Shown here piece by piece: positions 1 to 10,974 of a DNA stretch of 20,000 bases; position 1 is the first letter of the stretch, and every line of letters begins with the position of its first letter. The DNA lies in NCBI GenBank assembly GCA_000934665.2, contig KZ538448.1:50349-70348 (forward strand), written 5' to 3'. Made by a program: the position numbers and the translations under genes. Source of the stretch: Catajapyx aquilonaris. Lineage: Eukaryota. Below the pieces are notes generated by a model, which had not been told where the DNA came from, did not search any database, and saw only the letters and a list, made by a program, of their open reading frames with translations.

Positions 1-1084
1 AGAACTTATTCTAGATATGCCTGAGTCATAGTGAAATACTCTGTATAACCCCGTTACGAAAAAAAAACTGTTCTGGTTTTTTTTGTAGCTCCTAAAAATA
101 AACCTAGCAGACAATATATTAGTATGGAGTCCCTTGTAAAGGGGTTTTCTGTTCTCGTAAATGAACAAGTGAAAACTGTGTAACGTAAGGCTACTTGAAA
201 CGTATCCTTGTATACTTATATGATAGGCGGAGTGCAGCGGACAGTGGAAAAGTGCCCGAAACACACCTATAAATTCTGAATATTTGAAACCACATTCCCG
301 AGCTCTGCCTGCCTGCTCCGAATTATCCACGCAAAGTGAACAGAGTGATTGCGTTTTGAATAATTTACAAAAATTAAGTAATGAATTAATATAATAAAAA
401 ACTCTCGGAGGTTTTAAATTCCGCCCAGCTATTGTGTAACACTTGGCCATCAATGGAGAGTACTTAATTACATTCACAGAGGTGCTGCCTACAGGAATGT
501 ATTGTACGTAAATAATAGGCCCTAGCGCGTTGTCATTACCACACGCTATAACGAAATGATTACACTGTAGTGACTTGGAGTTTCCGTCGCAATACTCCAA
601 TGGTATGTTTCTGTTTTAATTACAGCCTATACCATGTAGGCCTAATGCGTCATAAATGGAAAACATGCGTGTTGACCTTTGCCTTTAAACACTGCATGTA
701 TGAAATACACGATCAAAATGGATCGTCCATTTATATTCCAGCTGAAAATCCACCAGCAGCAGGTAATTGTTTATGCCGAAAGGGGTAGTCCTGGAAGGGT
801 AATGATGATCATAAAATAATGTAAACAGGTAGGCTCGGTATATATTAAAACAGATGTAGTGGGATCTTTCGTTACATTGTTTTGAGGGAGCCGGGTTGCC
901 AATTCAACGTAAATAGCATATGCAGTAGCTAACCCGGCCCATTGTTTATTGGAACTATACCGCATGTTTCAGAATTTAGCTTACATCCGCATCGATAGAA
1001 TTAATGTCTCTACTACCAGGATGTTATCTCCGGAAAAAAAGCGAGAAAAGTGATTGGTAGATATCGGGAGATGTTCCTTGGGTC

Positions 1085-1176
1085 ATATATTTAGAACCTC
1101 TAACAGTTAGAGGTTCTAAATATATTTCAGGTCATTCCGTCCAGTTAGAGTCTAACTGGACGGAATGACCTGAAAT
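1085..1176. repeat. Two abutting perfect palindromes (1085-1125, 20-bp arms; 1124-1176, 26-bp arms), each with a 1-nt centre
   Basis: ATATATTTAGAACCTCTAAC-A-GTTAGAGGTTCTAAATATAT and ATTTCAGGTCATTCCGTCCAGTTAGA-G-TCTAACTGGACGGAATGACCTGAAAT. Confidence 0.95.
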
Positions 1177-2469
1177 GCAGCACTGCATCATATCTCATAG
1201 CACGGGTCAGACATGCGTCGTTCAGACGAGCCAAATAATGTTGCTGACAAAGTAGGCAATTGAGAGCCACGTTTGACGTCACAAGAGCTGCGTTTGGGAA
1301 TTTTAAAAAAGAGCCAGAGCCAAGGGGGCGGAGGGCTGAATCCCCTTTCAATCCTTTGATGGGATTATAGGATTCGTTCTATTTTACATCGTCACTTTTG
1401 GCACATTAAGGAGTGCGATGTATTAAAGTGCAGATATAGAACCTGCCGCCGTGACAATAAGCCCATTGCGCAGTAATACGCAATGCAGATTTTAATCTGA
1501 TTTGCGTCCCCGCTTTTTTATGTCACATTTAACTTCATTGCTGAGCGGTAGGTTACCTACCTAAAGGCTAAGGGTCGGTTGTATGCGGTAGTGTAACTCA
1601 TGTTTTTACAACCGGACCTAAGTGTATAACACTTGTTCGGTTTTGGCTGTATTTGACCAAAGAGCTGATGCCCATATGCGTCGTATATTACTTGTATAAT
1701 GTAATGTCCAGTACACATACTGTACATTCCCACAATGTGGCAAGCGGTGTATTCAAATGTGCAAATATATATGCAAAAAATGCACATCGAGGTGCAATGA
1801 CCCGGAAACGAGCTTATTTAAGGTATGTTCTCAAAAGAGAGAAACGTCCAAATGATGTGATTATAATCTCATCGCGTGTGTATTCCGTTCATCATCGACA
1901 GTGTCTTTATCAGTATACCATAGTTTATATTTGCTTTTCTAAATGGTCTAGGTAAACAATAACTTTTTATGCAGATTTTAATCACTCATCATTGTTATCA
2001 CGCAGATGATGAATACAAAAAAACAACAGTTGCGATAATTATGTAATATTGTATAGCGTCCCTAGTGTGTAGACTGTAGAGTTAATACAGGGTGATCCAA
2101 CATGCTTGTCCGGTTGCCAATTACTAAGAGGTTTATTTTAAGCAGTTACGTTCATGTTAGTTACTTTTAATGGTTATCACAAGCACATTAGATGCCATTA
2201 GGTTGTGTGCCCGTCCTTGATGTGAGATGCCAATTGTTCCAGTGGGCCATTCCTAATCGGAAATATGCTTTTCAGTTCAGAGTTTGAATGGACGATTCAA
2301 TTCGGGCTAATATTAGCTGCTAATAGTCTACTTTTGATAAAAGTAACTGATTAAAAGAAGCATTTTAGTGCCAACAAATAGCCACATCAATCACTCCATA
2401 TATTGTTTACACACAGTTTCCTAACTAGACCAACAACCTTCATTAAACATTCATTCATTCATTCATTCA

Positions 2470-2812
2470 TTTTTTTTAACGTTACCCCGTGCTAGGGCCA
2501 TGGGTCCTTATAGGGGGTGGATTACCACCATTTTCCTTCAATTTTCTTATTATTTTCTTCTAACACCGGTGCAGGGACGAAAGGACAAGAGGTAAGGATA
2601 GGGATTTTCGGGGAGGGAACATGGGTGCAAGTGCACGTCTGAAAACGGGTCATGTGCTGTTCCCCAGGAGGTTAGGTTGCCAGACACCTCCTTGGTGCAG
2701 GTCAGAGACCCTCCTGACCAGGTGAAAGGAAAGTTCCCCAGGCGGGGATCGAACCTGGGGCCTTTCACACAGCAAGCCGAGACGTTACCATCACGGCCAC
2801 CACACCTCCCCC
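2470..2812 (-). mobile_element. tRNA-derived SINE inserted in a (TTCA)n tract
   Basis: Minus strand starts GGGGGAGGTGTGGTGGCCGTGATGGTAACG (A-box-like), has B-box GGTTCGATCCC (2745-2755) and a short A tail (T run 2470-2477). (TCAT)n flanks both sides. Confidence 0.85.
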
Positions 2813-2827
2813 TCATTCATTCATTCA

Positions 2828-2867
2828 TTATTATATTATTATTATGATGATGATGATGATAATAATG

Positions 2868-2908
<41 letters not shown>

Positions 2909-2930
2909 TATTATTATTATTATTATTATT
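2828..2930. repeat. Compound microsatellite (ATT)(ATG)(AAT)n(ATT)n
   Basis: Directly visible. The (AAT)n tract is followed by its reverse complement (TAT)n. Confidence 0.95.
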
Positions 2931-3509
2931 CCCTTAAGCACAGGACACTTGCCAATCATGTTCCTTGGTGATTGCTCGGAGCGACTTTAATAGAACGTAC
3001 AAAGGCTGCCCCACCCTGTAAAGGGCGTATAGCCCGTAACGAGTTACATGAACAAGAGCAATACAAAGCGACTTGAACGTGTACAGAGAACGTGCTTTAG
3101 TGGTGTACTGTATTCGTTACGTTGAGTTGAGGGGATACCGTGCTCTTTCTTGAGGAATGCCGGGTGCTTGCTTAGCTTTGGGAATTTTACGTGTTTCATT
3201 ATTGCTGAGTGGTGGGCATTGGTTCGAATGGTTAAATTACGCGTTTAAAAGGATATGCTAAGTAATGTGTTTCATGTTGAGCGTTGTGCATTGTGAGCCA
3301 TATAGTAGAGTACATGCGCATATCTTGTGATAGGCTAGCTCTCCGAAATACATTGGTTAGTTTACTACGGTGTGTTGTATTGCTACTGTACAAGGTCATC
3401 GAAAGAGAATGTCCCTATTTTAAAACCCTATACCTCGAGAACTAGTAGACATTTACGATTTTAAGTTTCAAAATGCTAAGAAATGTCTAAAGTTTTGGTC
3501 TTACCACAT

Positions 3510-3785
3510 TTGGTTTCGATATTAGCTCCATTTGTCGCTCGGTAAATGTAAATACGGTAATCGGTGTCGTGCCTTACCAACTCAGACATGTCTGATGTTG
3601 CCGGTTTTTTGGTTTGTTTTTTTGTGTGTTTTTTTGTTTTATTTTGCGTAGGTGCTGGAGATGCCGAATCTTTTCACCATACATGTATCTCCACTAAAAC
3701 GTCAATCGGGGTAAGATCTGCTGAGCTTCTGGCGGGGCTATATGCATGGGGAAACTTCTCATTCAAGACTTCGCACACTGGGAGG
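3510..3785 (-). pseudogene. Inverted decayed copy of the same transposase C-terminus, including the third catalytic Asp motif
   Basis: Minus strand reads VLNEKFP...PARSSADLTPIDV (cf. WPARSPDLTPLDF) and ...DYRIYIYRATNGANIE. Confidence 0.8.
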
Positions 3786-3833
3786 TTGAACAAACGAAAC
3801 TTTCCTACGGCGGGTTTGTTTCATGGATGAGGA

Positions 3834-4013
3834 GACTTTTTATGTGAATCATCAAGAACAAAGTGTATGGTGTAAAGACCAGTCATTTCCAGCACCTACG
3901 AGATAGGATTGCAACAGTAACTCCAGATATGACCGAGCTTGTTTGGCACGAAACCGAATACCGCCTTTTAAATATGCGGAGATACAAATTAAGCTCATAT
4001 TGAAACAAACTAA
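3834..4013 (+). pseudogene. Decayed Tc1/mariner (rosa/maT-like) transposase C-terminus
   Basis: Reads IIKNKVYGVKTSHFQHLRDRIATVTPDMTELVWHETEYRL, then after a frameshift ICGDTN*AHIE. Matches the recalled motif WGYxKxKVY...LRxRI...VW.E..YRL..C.ATNGAHIE. Confidence 0.8.
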
Positions 4014-4793
4014 GGTGAGACCAAAACTTTAGACATTTCTGAGCATTTCAAAACTTAAATCATTAAGATATGTACAGGTTTTCGAGTTATAGGGTTTCAA
4101 AATAGGGGCATTATTTTTCGATGTCCCTTTATTATGGACTTATTTTGACGTTGATGCTGATCTCAGTGACGAAGCTGCGGCGAACAAATGGCATACCAAC
4201 ATAATATGATTCCCTCTAGTGGCTATAAATTCGTAGATCTAGTTACACGCTCGTGTACACCCTGTATATACACTGACAGGTTTGAAAAATAGTACAGGTT
4301 TTAATACTTGGAACTATCTCCCGCATAATAGGTAGCTGAGGGGTCTAAACGACAGGATACATCTTGTGGTACCGTATGCATAGCTACAAGTGCAAGATGT
4401 GTGGCCTTTGTGTCCTTACTCAATGTACCCGCAACAATATACAAGTACGTGTGGTAGATCACGTGACAGTGAGATAAACATGCTCCGCACGCTATACCTT
4501 GTAATAATTCGGGATACACCTACTGGTTTGAGCTGTACACATCACAAGATTGATGCCGGTATCTTCCGTGCATTGTGTCACAGTGGTGATGCACGGCACG
4601 TTGGATTATTCATAATACTACTGTTGGCTTACGTTTGATATTAGCCGCTTACAACGTGAAATTGCACCAAACAAAACCCAGAAAAATGATTCGAAGTAAA
4701 AATATATATATTTCTCTCACATTAATGAAAGTGTGTCGTGATCATGCATACGCGGCTCATTGCTGGGACAGGACCACTGAAGACCTCGAAAGA

Positions 4794-4807
4794 CCGCCGC
4801 CTGGTGG
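4794..4807 (-). promoter_or_regulatory. CTCF-like motif CCACCAGGCGGCGG
   Basis: One mismatch to the core consensus CCASYAGRKGGCRS. Motif match only. Confidence 0.3.
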
Positions 4808-5300
4808 CACGCAAGACATCAAACATCGTTGTCCTTCATCACCCTTCAAGAGCATGCAGTGAAATTTAGACTATTCAGGGAACTAAACTTAAATAAATTA
4901 AATATATCACCAAAGCACGTAAAGGCACGACTTTTCCCGAACCATATGACTACTAGAAACAATTAGGATTCCCTCTGTGACTATGTGGCCATCTTGGGCA
5001 CCCGCAGACCCACTTCATCTCCTTCACTCTAGACTTCTTCTGGAAAACTTTTCTTCTCTTTGAGCTCCCAAAAGAAGCATCAAGTGGCAAGAAACGTCAC
5101 ACCAACGACCAGCCAGAGCGCGTCAAGTCGGAAGTCTGCGGTGAATTTTTTGTGCTCCAGGGCAATCGGAAACCATCCCGTTGTAAATGTAATACAGGAG
5201 TTGATTCCACAAAAAAAAGAAGTGTACTGAAGGATAGAGAGACATCGCAGATTGAGCAAGAGCTCTTCGTATATGATATGCCCCTTTCGAGTACAGTGTT

Positions 5301-5532
5301 GGACATTAATCGCGTCATACTGCTTGCGACATTGCGGCAGAAGTGCAAATCGAAGTGATAGAGTGCGAGCCGTGCCATTAAGAAATGGTAGGCCTTGAGT
5401 GACGTCACCGGCTGAGGGGAAATGGAGAAAAAGGCTTGTCCACAGCCAGTGACGTCACCCATGGGCTACCATTTCTTACTCCCACGGCTCGCACTTCGAT
5501 TTGCATGTCTGCCGCATCGGAAAATGTCTCTA
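5301..5532. mobile_element. Palindromic (foldback) element carrying two TGACGTCA sites; same family as 16401-16736, opposite orientation
   Basis: Inverted arms around a ~30-nt spacer. TGACGTCA at 5400-5407 and 5450-5457. The spacer is a reverse-complement match to the spacer of the 16.5-kb copy. Confidence 0.85.
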
Positions 5533-7678
5533 CTGTCAGAGGCTTAGGAGTACACAAAAAAAACAGCCTGGTTTTGTGCAGTTCTTGTTTTCTCGACTCA
5601 TCAACTTCATCTGAGAGGAACGGAAAAATCCGGGGAATCTGGAGAAGAATAAGCGCCATAGAAAACTGGCCCTTTCCCCAGTGGATCACCTTGCCAGAGC
5701 GGCCGGGTGAAACAAATTGGGAATTAGAAGTAAGCGCCTAGTGCTCGTTTGAGCAGCTAGAGCGTCAAGTTTGATCAAACAATAAACGGGGCCCTACACG
5801 GTAATACAGTAACATTACCTGGTTGCCTGAACACCACTCGAATAATAATGCGCTCATTCATGTAACCACAAGTAAACAGTTTTAGTCAAGAGTGGGTACG
5901 GGCTTCAAAAAAAAACTAGCAGATTGCCCACTGATGGATGGGCTCGCGCACTAATGTTTATTTTGGAAACCTGCGATGTACTCTTATGACAAATATGGCA
6001 TGATTACTATACGACGTACAGAACTTCTGACGGGTACATTCCGAATGGCCGGAAACATACGCCCATGCGTGATTCATGCAGTGCAAGTATGCATTTGGAA
6101 TATGATACTATCAGCATTAACGTTGCATTTTAACGTATCTGCAGGCTTACGGAATTTCTTGCAACAATGGGCGAATATTTTTCCACGGTACTGGCTTCAT
6201 ATGTATATGAATTTGGACCCGTGACAAAGGCGGGGTATGGCTGGAAACCATAATTTCGGCTCAAAAATATGCTCGTATATATTAATAATAAAGAAAATTA
6301 GTTGTGGCACTGACTGTATATATGCAAGTATTTTTCGGAAAAAAATCACTTGCGAAGAACTGGTGGCTTCGAAGATTTAAACCATACACTGAGGGACATT
6401 TTGCAAAACGATATGCAAATGAAGGGGGTAAAAGCGGCTTTATCAGGGGATTTCCGTCCAAGACTCCTCAGTCGTCCACAAAGGGAAACCTGGGAGTGCA
6501 AAATTAACACTTTCATCTAATCATCCTTCTTGTGGAGGCAAGTCAAAAAGTTCAGGCTCTCTGTCAATATGGTGGTAAATGAAAAGTAACCAGTTGGCGT
6601 AATATGTTTATGTTACATTGAAAAATTAATAGGCAAGCTGGTTACGAAAGAAGAGAGAAGAAAAGAAATTTCAACACGTGTATAGGCATAATATTACACT
6701 TTTTGAATTTACCCTGGTATGTCGCATCTGAATTTAATAATTAATATTGAGAATAACAGTTGTCAATTGATTGGCTCGTTAGCATGTGGTCGCAATAATG
6801 GAAATGTCTAATTTTAGGACTGCATAGTTGACGACACTCTTGCTTTGTATTTGACCAATGTCAGAATTGCCTGCAGCGTGCAGTATGTTGTAGGGCGACC
6901 CCTTCCCGAAGAAACATAACGCAAGACATGACTAATTTAGTGAGTCAGTAATATACCGTATGTCTGGGAAGAGCATGAGGGCTATAGATGACGTTTCAAG
7001 CACTTTCACAATGGCGAAAAATTATCGCTAATTCAATCTGTAGACTGAAGTTGCCTATAGTTGATTGTGTAAATACCTGATACGTTATTTGTTATGAAAA
7101 ATGCTGGTGGACATGTGAAAAAAATGGAGGCCATTTGGTGGGGATGTGATAGATGAATGAGGAGTTCCTTGCATCATACGTGTGCGGCTGATAATGCGGA
7201 TTTATGGCAGCATATTAATCGGTTTATTGACTCGCCAGGGCATAGAGAGGCATTTTCTTTCGCTATACTACAGTATATGCGTTGAAAAATTTGGGGCTAT
7301 AATCCAGACCAGACCTTTTTTTGAACTTGAAAACAACCATCATGCAGGCATACAGTTACATAATGATTTAGAGAAGGTCTGCTGACGCAGTTGCTTCAAG
7401 GCTCGTACTTCTCAAGCAGGATACACTACCACTCTCACTTTAGAGTTCCCCCAACAGCTTTTGAGGACACTAAGCGACACTTGTCAAATTTATATGACAT
7501 AGTATGCCATAATTCCCTTCTTTGTTGCGCAATCGCCTTTGTTTAGATTTTTAAGGCTAAAATCCGTCACTCAAGCGTTGCAGGGAGGGCACTTTGAGGA
7601 AAAATATTCGTATCGATACATGTGCGAACATATCGCATATATTTAGAAACATGTGTCGATTTATCCCTTTCGAATCTT

Positions 7679-7794
7679 ATGCCCTTTTGCACCAACTAAA
7701 TTACCGATTCGATAGCTCCTAGCAGATCGTTAGGACACGTTAACGAGCTGTTAGGAGCTATCGAATCTGTAATTTCGTTGGTGCAATCGGTCAT
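7679..7794. mobile_element. Short hairpin MITE, possibly PIF/Harbinger-type
   Basis: TTGCACCAACTAAATTACCGATTCGATAGCTCCTAGCAGATCGTT pairs with AACGAGCTGTTAGGAGCTATCGAATCTGTAATTTCGTTGGTGCAA. Superfamily is inferred from terminus style only. Confidence 0.75.
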
Positions 7795-8901
7795 TAGCGT
7801 TCTGAAGACTTAACGGAGTCATGTTCGGTTTCTCCAGCCTTTTAACTGACCAATTACGAGCTAACTGGTCTTTCATATGGAATTTGACGAACAGTTTAAA
7901 ACAGGCATAAGACGCACAAGCGTTAGTATAGATATGCACTCTATTTGACACGGGAGACTTGAAGCTTGCATGTCTTACTGTGTCTGTGGTGTAAGGTTTA
8001 TAGACGTTGCAGGGGCGAGAGTAGTAGTTCTGGAATAGGTGTCGTTGACGTCCTGTAATTAAGTCGTGGTTAAATTAAGCGTCGGTCACTTACGGCCAGG
8101 CAGTTCCTGCAGTGTACCTCGAACAGGCTCCTGTGACCGAAAAAGGTCCAACTTGAAGTGTCAAAAGCTGCGGTTTAGCGATTTGTACAAGCTAGATACG
8201 CTGCTGGGCATTTACTGTACAGGTACCGTGACAAGTACTATGCAGTAACATGAAGAATCAACCTTACCTGAGCAGAGGCGTGAAGTTGGGGGCAAGAGTT
8301 CGGGGTCTCATTGCGGTAGGCAGCTGCTAGGCGGGTGCATATGTGGCATTGTGTAGAAATTGTATTAATTTGTCAAATAAGCAACCTCACACTCATGATG
8401 ATGTCACATACTTACCATCCTGGAATTGGTTTTTGGGAAATATATATGTTTTTTCTTAGCGAAGATTTGATTAGAAGGTAGCTGGGGTTGGGGAGATGTA
8501 TAATTCAGACTGTCATTATCCAATAAGCTGATAATTTGGGACTTGCGTTGTCTTTGATCTGTTGCCGGGAATAGTTGAATAAATGTAATTTAAGGTATTG
8601 ATTGAAAGCTAATAATATCCTGTCAGTGAATATGCCCTGAAGAATTGATTGCAAGTTGATCCGTACGTGTAGAAACTATAATTATAAAAATGGGAAGCTG
8701 AGCGGCAAATGTGCATTTGTCAAATACGGAATTTATCTGAAAAGGTTAAGGAATTTTAATGTACATTGCCAACGTGCCCTATGTGTCGTCGAATTAAGAT
8801 TTTCCATGCGCAAATGACACTGAAACAGCGAATGTGAATTGTCTAAATATTGTTTGTGTATTTTCAGGTAAAGAGTCGGCGATTGGCCGTGGGTGGGTGG
8901 A

Positions 8902-9118
8902 ATGCTGCAGGGAAGTTCTCTGCCGGCCTCTCCGGGCTCCCCTTTCCGGGCAGCAGCGTCGAGCATGGGGGCCAGCCTACGGGCACCATGGCCCCTGCCC
9001 CCGCCACCACATCCGCCCGCCCCAGGGCATATCCACCCCGACCCCCACGGCCAGCAGCAACCACTGCAGCCGCACACACAATTCACCCAGACTCATCATG
9101 CGGCCTCCCATCTGCAAA
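8902..9118 (+). CDS. Probable first coding exon (exon 8868-9118, ATG 8902) of a spliced gene with a low-complexity Pro/His/Gln N-terminus: MLQGSSLPASPGSPFRAAASS...HHAASHLQ
   Basis: Acceptor TGTTTGTGTATTTTCAG ends at 8867 and donor AAA|GTAAGT starts at 9119. GC-rich block in AT-rich flanks. In-frame TAA at 8869-8871 lies upstream of the ATG. 217 coding nt (phase 1) join the 10575 exon in frame. Confidence 0.75.
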
Positions 9119-9687
9119 GTAAGTCAGCCTGACTCACACCCAGCTGAGAAACTCTCTGAATAATTACTTGTCGATAATTAATACCTGGAGTAAAAAATAA
9201 TAATGTCTGGGCTACTTTCGCAAACGGCAACATATTGGGCCCTAGACGAAATTCTTGGCAATGAGTTATGCGTCCAGTAACAGTCACCTGGCTGAATTAT
9301 GAATATCGACAATGTATTATATCCCATATGGGACCAAAATGATGAAAATCAACAAGTCTTATGATTTCTAATGGAATCTAAGCTCGATAGGATATGCAGC
9401 CTTTTGGATTACCTTGTATAACCGTCAGCGTGGTGTTCTGTAGATCGTAAAACCAGCGGATATCACCCCAAATCAGATAAGGGTCTGACGACTTCACTTT
9501 TCGCCTTGCAATATAACTCAATTGGAAAATCTGAATGCCAAGTAATTCCAACCGATCTGAAGGCCCCGGTCGTGGAAGGATAATGGCTAAATCTATACTT
9601 CAGACTCCATACCTGGGTTAAAATGTGACGAGACCATGTCACTACCACCCACACCAGTGTTATGTGACACACATGTTATCTAACATG

Positions 9688-9712
9688 TAATAATAATAAT
9701 AATAATAAATAA
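9688..9712. repeat. (TAA)n microsatellite
   Basis: Directly visible. Confidence 0.9.
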
Positions 9713-10083
9713 TTTATGATAATTTTGGGCACTGTACATATTGGTGCAAAAACGTAGGTGCAACTCCTCTCTCTTGTCCAAAAGTGTAAAGTTGGATACT
9801 GTTTGAGCAAAATGAGATTGCATACCGACTCAGATCGCTTCATGGAGGCCAATGAGCCCGACTTGGATGTAAAAAAATGGGATGATTTGGCAAGAAGAGA
9901 GATAGAGAACAAAATTATCGCAGAACGTGAAGTTATGCGCGGTATCAACAGCCTTTCGCCGCAAAAATTGCACCGGCTCAATCATTTGATGCTCAACACA
10001 ATACCAAGTTGACCTTCATTTTTTGTATCGACACTGTTGTCAGTTTACATTGACAACAGTTTCTGAGCCTGGACAAGTTGATG

Positions 10084-10270
10084 TCGGTCGAATCCGGTTG
10101 ACAATCGGTCGGATTTGGTAGGCATTCGGCGAATGTTCGGGTGAATTCGGTTGTCAATCGGTCGAACTCCATTGCTAATGGATTGCGTTGGACAGTTGCC
10201 ATAGCCAGTGAGTCGATATTCGTTTGCCCGATCGGGTGAATTTGGTAGCATATCGGTTTCTAATCAGTCG
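10084..10270. repeat. Degenerate internal repeats (TCGGTCGAAT/TCGGGTGAAT-like), probably a DNA-transposon remnant
   Basis: CAATCGGTCG x2, TCGGGTGAATT x2 and ATTTGGTAG x2. No clear termini. Confidence 0.45.
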
Positions 10271-10574
10271 CCTCTTTGTGTGAAATTACTTGTCACTTTG
10301 TGAACTTCTGTCTGAATATGGGGCTAAATTCGGTATGCCAACGGTGATGGCCCTGATAAATAACTTCCAAGTTGTAAAAATTTGAATATCCGCCTCCCAT
10401 TCTTTGAATTTGAGCACCACCTTCGACGTACAGTCCGACGAAGATGGATCGAAGTCATGTCCTTTATTGCCACATTGGGATACATATACATAGTCGATTG
10501 GCCCCTATAATGTTGTCTAAAGCTAGAAATCGTGCATAACAAGAAGTTGAAAACACTCTTTGACCCTCTTACAG

Positions 10575-10784
10575 GCCAGCAGCATAGCGAGCGCTATGGC
10601 GTCGGAGGCGTCGGAGGCGTTGGAGGCGTTGGAGGCGTTGGAAGTGACCTCTACTCACTGTTTCCGCCCAATAGCGGCAGTGGAAGCCAAGTTAGCGGCT
10701 TGGTTGGGTCGCAAGCTGTGGCACATCTTTCCCGATTCCGACAAGTGGCCACCACTTACTACAGCCTTTTTGAAGCGCATAAAG
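10575..10784 (+). CDS. Probable second coding exon (210 nt, phase 1-1): (S)QQHSERYGVGGVGG...QVATTYYSLFEAHK; possibly a TNRC18/BAHCC1/winged-eye-like N-terminus
   Basis: Acceptor CTCTTTGACCCTCTTACAG ends at 10574; donor AAG|GTAGGA at 10785. Phase matches the upstream exon. SLFEAHK|G loosely resembles the recalled TNRC18 motif SIFDTQK(D/G)GFY; the family guess is weak. Confidence 0.7.
10598..10642 (+). repeat. Exonic 9-bp tandem repeat (GGCGTYGGA)x5 encoding (GVG)5
   Basis: Directly visible: two GGCGTCGGA then three GGCGTTGGA units. Confidence 0.95.
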
Positions 10785-10974
10785 GTAGGAGATTGCTGAA
10801 TTACAGGACACCTTCACAAATTGGCGATGTTGCAGAAAAAGAGAGCGGTTTCTGGTTGTAAAGTGTTTTGATAGAATGATAGATGGTCTCCATATCACTT
10901 CGTGATGTCAAGAGAACAATGTGACTCTTGTCCAAGATTGCTTGTCTTTCCTATCGATCAATTCTGTGTCTAAC

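Larger units (their letters stand above)
3391..4129. mobile_element. Tc1/mariner foldback element built from two inverted transposase 3' ends; TA TSD
   Basis: TA at 3389-90 and 4130-31. Imperfect arms about 3391-3683 and 3864-4129, with a perfect 23-bp match 3479-3501/4018-4040. Both arms contain decayed transposase C-terminal peptide. Confidence 0.9.

Noticed and set aside
1..138. Possible right end of a TA-flanked MITE (GGAGTCCCTTG|TA)
   Set aside because: The partner end would lie outside the window, so it cannot be verified.
2086..3020. TACAGGGTG...CACCCTGTA as TIRs of one element
   Set aside because: Only 9 bp match with no extended similarity.
4773..4808. Hammerhead-like CTGAAGA...GAAA
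   Set aside because: Stem II (CCTC) cannot pair and there is no NUH cleavage triplet before stem I.
5097..5741. Similar peptides at 5.1-5.7 kb and 16.5-16.8 kb suggesting paralogous genes
   Set aside because: They are translations of the same non-coding palindromic repeat.
8255..8420. Minus-strand donor-like sites (CTTACCTG, ACTTACCAT)
   Set aside because: No matching acceptor or coding exon found; such motifs are common by chance.
9758..10012. 84-aa ORF between the exons
   Set aside because: No convincing splice sites or recognisable motif; cannot be supported without a search.
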